From a bacterium (GTDB taxonomy: Bacteria; Babelota; Babeliae; Babelales; JABCYS01), in contig DAIDHG010000001.1 in NCBI GenBank assembly GCA_027452085.1, positions 33,441 to 46,688 on the forward strand: DNA of 13,248 nucleotides, in the 5' to 3' direction. The position numbers and the translations under genes were made by a program. Below the pieces are notes generated by a model. It made no database searches. It worked only from the letters and a program-made list of their open reading frames with translations, and was not told where the DNA came from. The first letter of the stretch is position 1, and every line of letters begins with the position of its first letter. Shown piece by piece: positions 7,264-13,248 of the stretch.

Positions 7264-7500
7264 TTATTTTTTTGGTTTGCTGCAGCCGCACTTGCCACCT
7301 GCACGGCTTTCAGAGCCAGAGAAATTCATGATGGCTTTCTTTGGCTTGCCGCAACCACAGCGCTCATCTTGAGCAGAAAGGAACGAAATTGCTGGAACTA
7401 CGTTTGTTTCTGGTTTATCACAATCGCAACATGCATTAAGAGCCATTGCGCCTGAACACATCATACAGAAGACCGCCATGGTATAGGTAAGATTTTTCAT
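7264..7500 (-). CDS. Small secreted cysteine-rich protein (78 aa) with three CxCxKP motifs
   Basis: ATG 7500 with SD-like AAAGGT; signal-like MKNLTYTMAVFCMMCSGAMA; CCDCDKP, CGCGKPKK, CGCSKPKK; followed by a terminator. Confidence 0.8.
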   Translation of the reverse strand: MKNLTYTMAVFCMMCSGAMALNACCDCDKPETNVVPAISFLSAQDERCGCGKPKKAIMNFSGSESRAGGKCGCSKPKK

Positions 7501-7599
7501 AGAACTACCTTTTGCTGTTACAGGGGTTTGAGGAAATTCGCCGAACAACTTACCAGGGCCAAACTAAATTTCAACTCCAGGCTCTTTTTAGACGATAAT

Positions 7600-7615
7600 T
7601 GGTCAAATTTGACCA
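7600..7615. promoter_or_regulatory. Perfect 16-bp palindrome TGGTCAAATTTGACCA, candidate operator
   Basis: Read directly; intergenic between the pth stop and the Cys-rich gene start. Confidence 0.4.
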
Positions 7616-7622
7616 TAAAACG

Positions 7623-8180
7623 TTACAGTATGTCTACAATCAGGGCTGTTGCACGATTAATTATTTCATCAACCTGCATATTTGACTGGTCAAAAGTTTG
7701 TAACACATAGTCCGGCACCTGTTCTTTGACGGGCGGACGGCCAATACCAACACGCAGTCGGGCAAAATCTGCGCCACATGCTGCAATGATCGACTTTAAA
7801 CCGTTGTGTCCCTTCGCGCTGCCACCAAATTTAAAGGCGATGTCGCCAAATGGGAGCTCCAGTTCATCATGCACCACCAAAATCTCTTCTGGTTTGATGC
7901 CATCTTTTTTGAGCGATGGAATGACTACGCCAGAATTATTCATGTATGTTTGCGGTTTGATCAAAGCTATGCCTTGGCCCCCCGGTGAACCAGTTGATGG
8001 CTCGAAAGATAGACGGGCATATTCCATTTCAGGATATTTTCGCCAATGGGCGCCGTATTGCTTGGCCAACTCATCGACCACACGAAAGCCGATGTTATGC
8101 CGCGTATACACATAGCGAAGGCCTGGATTTCCCAGGCCTATAATTGCTTTGATTGGATGAGGTAACGTATTATTTTTCAT
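7623..8180 (-). CDS. pth: Peptidyl-tRNA hydrolase
   Basis: IIGLGNPG, YTRHNIGF, KPQTYMNNSG, VVHDEL, GGSAKGHNGLKSI, RLRVGIGRP, DYVL; start overlaps the upstream stop (TAATG). Confidence 0.98.
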   Translation of the reverse strand: MKNNTLPHPIKAIIGLGNPGLRYVYTRHNIGFRVVDELAKQYGAHWRKYPEMEYARLSFEPSTGSPGGQGIALIKPQTYMNNSGVVIPSLKKDGIKPEEILVVHDELELPFGDIAFKFGGSAKGHNGLKSIIAACGADFARLRVGIGRPPVKEQVPDYVLQTFDQSNMQVDEIINRATALIVDIL

Positions 8181-8758
8181 TACGCCGTCTTAGTATTTGG
8201 TGCTGCCGGTTTTTTTGCTGTTGCTACCAAGGTTTTCTTTTCTTCGGTATACAACTTATTCAAATGTGAAACGATGGCATTTGTTTGATCAGCGCGTTGG
8301 CTGGCAAAAATAAGCGGGTTCTTTGGCATGCAGATATCAATCTTATACGCAGCCTTGAAGCTATTCATACCTTCATCAAGCTTTTTGAAAAAGCGCATGT
8401 TCAACTTTTCACGTTCCACTTTGTAATCTTGCATAACGTGTTCCGCGTTTGTTTTCAAATCGCGTTCGCGGCGCATCAATGATTCTTGCTCTGAATCGCG
8501 AGATGAATCATTCATCATGCTCATCTTTGATTGGAATTTGGTCACGTCGTTGCGTAAACTTTCTTTTTCTTTTTCGATGGCATCAAATTTTGTTTTAAAA
8601 CGCTTATCTACATCTTCAACCATCGTGCGGTATTCATCAGATTTTGATGCAATCACATCCGGGTCATACACGCATACGCTCATGGCCATGCCGATTTGTT
8701 CGTCTGCTGCAATAAGAGAAGAAGCAATAAATGGAAGAAGTAATAGTTGTTTTTTCAT
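8180..8758 (-). CDS. OmpH/Skp family periplasmic chaperone
   Basis: Signal peptide MKKQLLLLPFIASSLIA, short beta strand (VCVYDPDVI), long charged coiled coil, C-terminal YKIDICM...LIFASQRADQTNAIVSHLN resembling the Skp end; SD AAAGGA supports ATG 8758. Confidence 0.8.
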   Translation of the reverse strand: MKKQLLLLPFIASSLIAADEQIGMAMSVCVYDPDVIASKSDEYRTMVEDVDKRFKTKFDAIEKEKESLRNDVTKFQSKMSMMNDSSRDSEQESLMRRERDLKTNAEHVMQDYKVEREKLNMRFFKKLDEGMNSFKAAYKIDICMPKNPLIFASQRADQTNAIVSHLNKLYTEEKKTLVATAKKPAAPNTKTA

Positions 8759-8789
8759 AGATGTCCTTTGAAAATTAACGTAGGGCTGC

Positions 8790-8818
8790 AAGATACTCTA
8801 GTACACACAGACCGTCAA
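8790..8818 (-). promoter_or_regulatory. Putative sigma70 promoter for ompH-pth
   Basis: Minus strand TTGACG (8818-8813), 17 nt, TATCTT (8795-8790). Confidence 0.55.
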
Positions 8819-8829
8819 ATATGATCGAC

Positions 8830-9780
8830 TTACCCTAGAGTCTCTGCCGCTTCTTTTATTTTTTTAAAGTGTTCAGCTGCTGCAGGGTCATTTTTATTTT
8901 TATCAGGGTGCCAACGTAATGCTAATTTTTTATATCGTTCCCGCACTTCGGTTGCCGAAGCATTTGGTGTGAGCGGCCCCATGCTCAGCAATTCAGGCTT
9001 TTCTGAGCACAGAGCGGTCCACTCGCGAGCCAAAATATCATGGGCTTGTTCGGGGGATAATTGATTGTTGCGCGCTCCATTGCTTGATGATTGCTTGTCA
9101 GAGAATACCTTAATCCCACCTGTGCTCAGATGCTTATTCCACCAATCTGGCGAATCATATAAATGTAGCATCTCATCCAGCAGTATGGTCTTTACCAGCT
9201 CTGACTCGCGGTGATTGAGCACTGTTTGAAAAGTTCTTTTGATGCCTGCGGCATGAGAGGTTTCTATACAAAGAAGAAGTTGTTCAAGATATTTTTTTGC
9301 GTATTCGATGCGCTCATTGGTTTCTGCTGTTTGTCGTAGTTCGCATAATTGCTGATACGACTGCACCAGCTCACGTTTATTCTGCTCTGATTCGAGATCT
9401 GCCAGCTTTTTCGCCCTATTGATCCGTGCACTTAAGGTTAAAAGGTAGGCCGTGCTAGCGCCAATAATTGCCCATCCAATCCAAAATGGGGTGCCATACC
9501 AATGTTGACGAGAAAAACTTTTGGTAAGAGCCGTTGCGGTCTTTTCATCAAGCTCGTTATTGGCATATTCGATAGCCTGCCAATATACCGTTTCTAATGT
9601 TTGCCCATCGGCAAGCGCTTGCTTGACTGCCCTTTTTTCAGCGCCGTTATATATGTAACTCATCAGGCCAGTATGTTGTTTGACGGCGTTATACAAATCA
9701 ACGACATATGCTTTGGGTTGGTCTGCAAATATCGGCGTGGTGCCAATCATGAGTGCAAGGAGTAGGTGCTTGTTCATCAT
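8830..9780 (-). CDS. Protein with signal peptide, one TM helix, coiled coil and C-terminal DnaJ J-domain
   Basis: ASATEVRERYKKLALRWHPDKNKNDPAAAEHFKKIKEAAETL (HPD motif); signal MMNKHLLLALMIGTTPIFA; TM FWIGWAIIGASTAYLLTL; SD GAGGAG; ATGA overlap with the upstream gene. Confidence 0.88.
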   Translation of the reverse strand: MMNKHLLLALMIGTTPIFADQPKAYVVDLYNAVKQHTGLMSYIYNGAEKRAVKQALADGQTLETVYWQAIEYANNELDEKTATALTKSFSRQHWYGTPFWIGWAIIGASTAYLLTLSARINRAKKLADLESEQNKRELVQSYQQLCELRQTAETNERIEYAKKYLEQLLLCIETSHAAGIKRTFQTVLNHRESELVKTILLDEMLHLYDSPDWWNKHLSTGGIKVFSDKQSSSNGARNNQLSPEQAHDILAREWTALCSEKPELLSMGPLTPNASATEVRERYKKLALRWHPDKNKNDPAAAEHFKKIKEAAETLG

Positions 9781-10508
9781 GATTTCTCCTCATTCTCACG
9801 AATTCTATTCAAGATTCCGGCCGAGCTTCTCTCTAAATTGCGTAATTCATCTTCTTGGCGAGCGATTTCTTGCTGTTTTGCTGCGATAAGTCGATTTATG
9901 TGCATGCTTGATAAGTTATTGCGGTGCCCCCATTCTCCGCGTTCTTCAATTGAATACGTTTCAGCTTGTGGCCATCGCTTATGATTTTTCAGCGCCACCA
10001 TGAGTGCAAGATACGGCACGCAAATGGCGCTAATCAATGTTACAAACATGATGGTTGATCGAAGGAAAGTGGATGGTGCCATGGCAGCTGCAAGGTGATT
10101 AGAAAAGAGGGTAGAAAGATTTTTGTCGTCTAATGATTTGGCATACTCGCTCGCTTGGTAATAAACGGTGGCCACTTTTTTGGGCTGATCTTCTGAAGGC
10201 GCAATAATGCTGAAATCGGCCAAAATACTCGCACGATACGTGATTGATACCTGGCCGTATGATTCGACGCGCACTCCATACAGGCCATCGGGATTAATAG
10301 TCATCTGGCCTGCAGAGTAACCTTGTGCTGCAAGCTGATCATAACATCGCTTTATCGATTCATAAAAGGAAATAATCTCTGGCGAAGCGTCCGCGGCTAA
10401 TTCTTGCCCTGTTTGAGCCGGTTGCTTTTTGGCAATTGCTGTGGTGACGCCGAGCACTGGATTGATGCCAAGAGTCATATACAGCATAAGAATAACTAAT
10501 TTTTTCAT
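9777..10508 (-). CDS. Hypothetical membrane protein (signal peptide, soluble domain, TM helix, C-terminal coiled coil)
   Basis: Start probably 10508 (MKKLVILMLYMTLGINPVLG; 10520 is an alternative); TM IMFVTLISAICVPYLALMVAL; tail LIAAKQQEIARQEDELRNLE; stop overlaps the next start. Confidence 0.75.
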   Translation of the reverse strand: MKKLVILMLYMTLGINPVLGVTTAIAKKQPAQTGQELAADASPEIISFYESIKRCYDQLAAQGYSAGQMTINPDGLYGVRVESYGQVSITYRASILADFSIIAPSEDQPKKVATVYYQASEYAKSLDDKNLSTLFSNHLAAAMAPSTFLRSTIMFVTLISAICVPYLALMVALKNHKRWPQAETYSIEERGEWGHRNNLSSMHINRLIAAKQQEIARQEDELRNLERSSAGILNRIRENEEKS

Positions 10509-10543
10509 ACGCTTTCTCATGTAGAGTAAATAATCGCCGAGCA

Positions 10544-10571
10544 ATAATAGCACCATAGATCTGAATGACAA
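10544..10571 (-). promoter_or_regulatory. Putative promoter for the two orphan membrane genes
   Basis: Minus strand TTGTCA (10571-10566), 16 nt, TATTAT (10549-10544) with an extended -10 TG. Confidence 0.45.
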
Positions 10572-10597
10572 AGGCTCTGTCGTTGTCTAATAGTAAC

Positions 10598-13180
10598 TTA
10601 TGCCGCCGTGCCAGCTTGTAGCCAATCGCGAATTTTGTCGCGCCAGCTCGTATCCAAACGTGGCCCGCCACCTTGCAGAGAAGTAGCGCTGCCTCCCCCA
10701 CGAAGGCCGAGCTTGGCCAGCTCTGGTTGGAGTTTTTTAAGATCGAGCTTGAGCTCAGGCGAAGCTGCCGCCACAAAGCTTGATTTTTCATCCGTTGAAG
10801 AGATCAGGAAATAAAAACCAACTTTTGCCTTGGTAAGCTGTGTAGCCACCTCGCGAAGCTCTTCAGCGCTAAAATCGGGCAACACAAGAAACAGATACGG
10901 AATAGTGCCAACCAGTTCTGCCTGTGAAAGCCATACCGGTAGTTGCCCCGCAATCATCTGTTTTTTCAGCTGCTTGATCTGTGTGTTTGCTTCTTTAAGT
11001 TGTTCCGCTTGCTTGTGCGATGCTTGCAATACCTCATTGAGCGGCGTCTTAAACTCTATGCTCAATGTTTTTACGGTATTGAAGGTATCTTGATACATCG
11101 CCACTGCTTTGGGTCCGGTCAATGCCACGATGCGCCGGTTGCCGGCTGACAGGGCGGTCAATTCTGTAATTTTAAATACACCAATATCGCCTGTTGCGCG
11201 CACATGGGTGCCGCCACATAGTTCGGCACTGGCTCCGGGAATTTCTACAATGCGCACGTTCTCTGGATTATATTTTTCGCCAAAGAAAGCGATAACGCCG
11301 CGCGAGAGTGCATCTTGGTAGGTGGTCCAGGTAATGCGCAATGGGATATTTTCCATCACGCGGTTGTTTACCTCAGTCTCGATCTGGCGAATTTGCTCCG
11401 CGCTTACCGGTTCGGCATAGGTAAAGTCAAAGCGTAGATAGTCAGGATCAACCAATGAACCAGATTGTTTGACCGTTGGCCCTAATACTTTAATTAATGC
11501 TGCTTGTAGTAGGTGGGTGGCCGTATGATTTTTCATGGTATCAATACGGCGTTGGCGATCTACGGTTTGCGCAGCTTGAGCACCAACTGACAATGCGGTC
11601 GGTGTGGTAACCAAGGCACCGATAGCGCCATCAAATTTTTTCAGATCTTTGACCACGAGCTTTTGGTCATTGATAGTGATCCAGCCCTGGTCACTAATCT
11701 GACCGCCACATTCAACATAGAAGGGTGATTGATCACAGATGATCCAACAATCAGTGTTTGGTTGAACCGAGGTAGCAAAGGCATGGTCAATGATAAAGCC
11801 GATGATCGTGCCCGTAGTTTCCATTGCATCATAACCGGTAAAAGTGGTCTTAATAGATTCGGGCAGCTCTATACGCGTTGTTGCCACTTTCTTGCCAGAT
11901 TGTGAGCGCTGCTGCTCCATCTCGTTTTCAAAACCTTCAATGTCTACGGTAAAGCCTCGCTCATGGGCCATGATGCGCGTGATTTCTAAAGGGAAGCCAT
12001 ACGTATCATAGAGCTTGAAAGCTTCGTGGCCGGTAACAACTTTATTCTTGGTGGTTTCAAAATATTTGTTTAAGAGCTCTTGGCCGCGTACTAAGTTCAG
12101 CGCAAATTTCTCAACTTCGGTTGCCAAGATGCGTTTAATTTTCTCTTTGTTGGTAGTGAGCTCGGGATAATAGGAACCAAGAATGGTATCTACGCTATCG
12201 ACAAGTTCAGCAAAAATTTGTTTATCCGTAAGTTTTTGAGAAAACAGCGCTGCGCGACGAATAATCTTGCGCAATACATAGCCTCGGCCCTCATTGGCTG
12301 GTGTGCCGCCATCGGCAATAATCATAGAGCTTGATCGAATATGATCGGCAAGCACATGAAATGCGGCCTGAATTTCAAAAGGGGATGTACTATAGATGCG
12401 TCCGGTTAACTGTTCAATCTGCCGGATAATCGGCATGAAAAGATCGGTATGGTAGACCGTATCCTTATTTTCCATAACAGCGGCCAATCGCTCAAGGCCC
12501 ATGCCGGTATCTACGCCGGTTTGTTTCAAGGGCAACAGCGTGCCATCCTCTTGGCGATCAAACTGCATGAACACATTATTCCAGATTTCTAAAAATCTAT
12601 CGCACTCACAGCCAGGGCCGCATGGTTTATCACAGCCATTTTTTTCTAGATCAATATAAATTTCAGTGCATGGTCCGCATGGGCCGGTATCGCCCATCTG
12701 CCAAAAATTATCTTTTTCGCCTAAGCGAACAATGTGATCCGCCGATAAGCCGATCTCTTTAAGCCAAATATCATAGGATTCTTGATCGTCACGGAATACG
12801 CTCGCATAGAGACGTTCTTTTGGTAGCTTGAGCTCAATCGTGAGAAATTCCCAAGCAAATTTAATCGCCTCTTTTTTGAAATAGTCACCGAATGAAAAAT
12901 TGCCCATCATCTCAAAGAAGGTAAGGTGCCGCTTTGTAAAGCCAACGTTATCCAAGTCATTATGTTTGCCACCGGCGCGTACACATTTTTGAATGCTCAC
13001 AGCGCGGGTGTAGCTGCGTTTTTCTTTGCCAAGAAAGAGATCTTTAAACTGGTTCATACCAGCATTGGCAAAAAGCAGGGTAGGATCGTCGGCCGGAATG
13101 AGTGATGAACTTGCTACTTTGGTGTGGCCATGGCGGACAAAATAATCAAAAAATTTTTGACGAATCTGAGATGATTGCAT
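10598..13180 (-). CDS. alaS: Alanine--tRNA ligase
   Basis: DPTLLFANAGMNQFK, RHLTFFEMMGNFSFGDYFK, DNFWQMGDTGPCGPC, VDTGMGLER, KLYDTYGFP, editing motifs HTATH and ELCGGTH, C-terminal RGGG. Confidence 0.99.
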   Translation of the reverse strand: MQSSQIRQKFFDYFVRHGHTKVASSSLIPADDPTLLFANAGMNQFKDLFLGKEKRSYTRAVSIQKCVRAGGKHNDLDNVGFTKRHLTFFEMMGNFSFGDYFKKEAIKFAWEFLTIELKLPKERLYASVFRDDQESYDIWLKEIGLSADHIVRLGEKDNFWQMGDTGPCGPCTEIYIDLEKNGCDKPCGPGCECDRFLEIWNNVFMQFDRQEDGTLLPLKQTGVDTGMGLERLAAVMENKDTVYHTDLFMPIIRQIEQLTGRIYSTSPFEIQAAFHVLADHIRSSSMIIADGGTPANEGRGYVLRKIIRRAALFSQKLTDKQIFAELVDSVDTILGSYYPELTTNKEKIKRILATEVEKFALNLVRGQELLNKYFETTKNKVVTGHEAFKLYDTYGFPLEITRIMAHERGFTVDIEGFENEMEQQRSQSGKKVATTRIELPESIKTTFTGYDAMETTGTIIGFIIDHAFATSVQPNTDCWIICDQSPFYVECGGQISDQGWITINDQKLVVKDLKKFDGAIGALVTTPTALSVGAQAAQTVDRQRRIDTMKNHTATHLLQAALIKVLGPTVKQSGSLVDPDYLRFDFTYAEPVSAEQIRQIETEVNNRVMENIPLRITWTTYQDALSRGVIAFFGEKYNPENVRIVEIPGASAELCGGTHVRATGDIGVFKITELTALSAGNRRIVALTGPKAVAMYQDTFNTVKTLSIEFKTPLNEVLQASHKQAEQLKEANTQIKQLKKQMIAGQLPVWLSQAELVGTIPYLFLVLPDFSAEELREVATQLTKAKVGFYFLISSTDEKSSFVAAASPELKLDLKKLQPELAKLGLRGGGSATSLQGGGPRLDTSWRDKIRDWLQAGTAA

Positions 13181-13248
13181 GAAACTTTATTAAACCTGGT
13201 TGTATTTGGTTATTGACGAGTGACAATTGTAATGCGCTCTGCCTGTTC

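Noticed and set aside
7970..8015. Pth loop FEPSTGSPGGQG as a second translated repeat (PSTGS can arise from CCTTCGACAGGCTCA-type repeats)
   Set aside because: The DNA (CCATCAACTGGTTCACCG) does not match the ATPase element and forms no convincing palindrome; probably an ordinary variable loop.
3035..11832. Other short antisense or overlapping ORFs inside sulP, the pyrophosphatase, the ATPase, pth, ompH and alaS
   Set aside because: Nested in well-supported genes with no recognisable motifs.
1..13248. CRISPR array, transposase, prophage or tRNA genes
   Set aside because: No spaced direct repeats or mobile-element proteins seen; the only tRNA-like T-arm belongs to the tmRNA.

Overview
Bacterial chromosomal window, mostly housekeeping genes with orphan secreted or membrane proteins between them. 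Gene content and style suggest an intracellular Candidatus Dependentiae/Babelota (TM6)-like organism; this is inference, not proven. Order: a truncated secreted Pro/Gln-rich ORF missing from the ORF track (-), smpB (+), a secreted RGG/GW-repeat glycine-rich protein (+), a bidirectional terminator, a one-piece tmRNA (ssrA, -; tag ADYQVSPALAFA), an operon of STAS-less SulP, a divergent Ham1/RdgB-family pyrophosphatase and a P2A-type (Ca2+-like) ATPase (+), a second terminator, then on the minus strand a small CxCxKP-repeat Cys-rich protein, pth, ompH/skp, a membrane-anchored J-domain protein, an orphan membrane coiled-coil protein and alaS. Most notable: a palindromic REP/RPE-like element apparently inserted in frame in the ATPase N-domain; a trans-translation system whose SmpB lacks the conserved tail motifs (GKK, H-DKR, W) and whose tmRNA tag ends in -AFA; and several effector-like orphan proteins.
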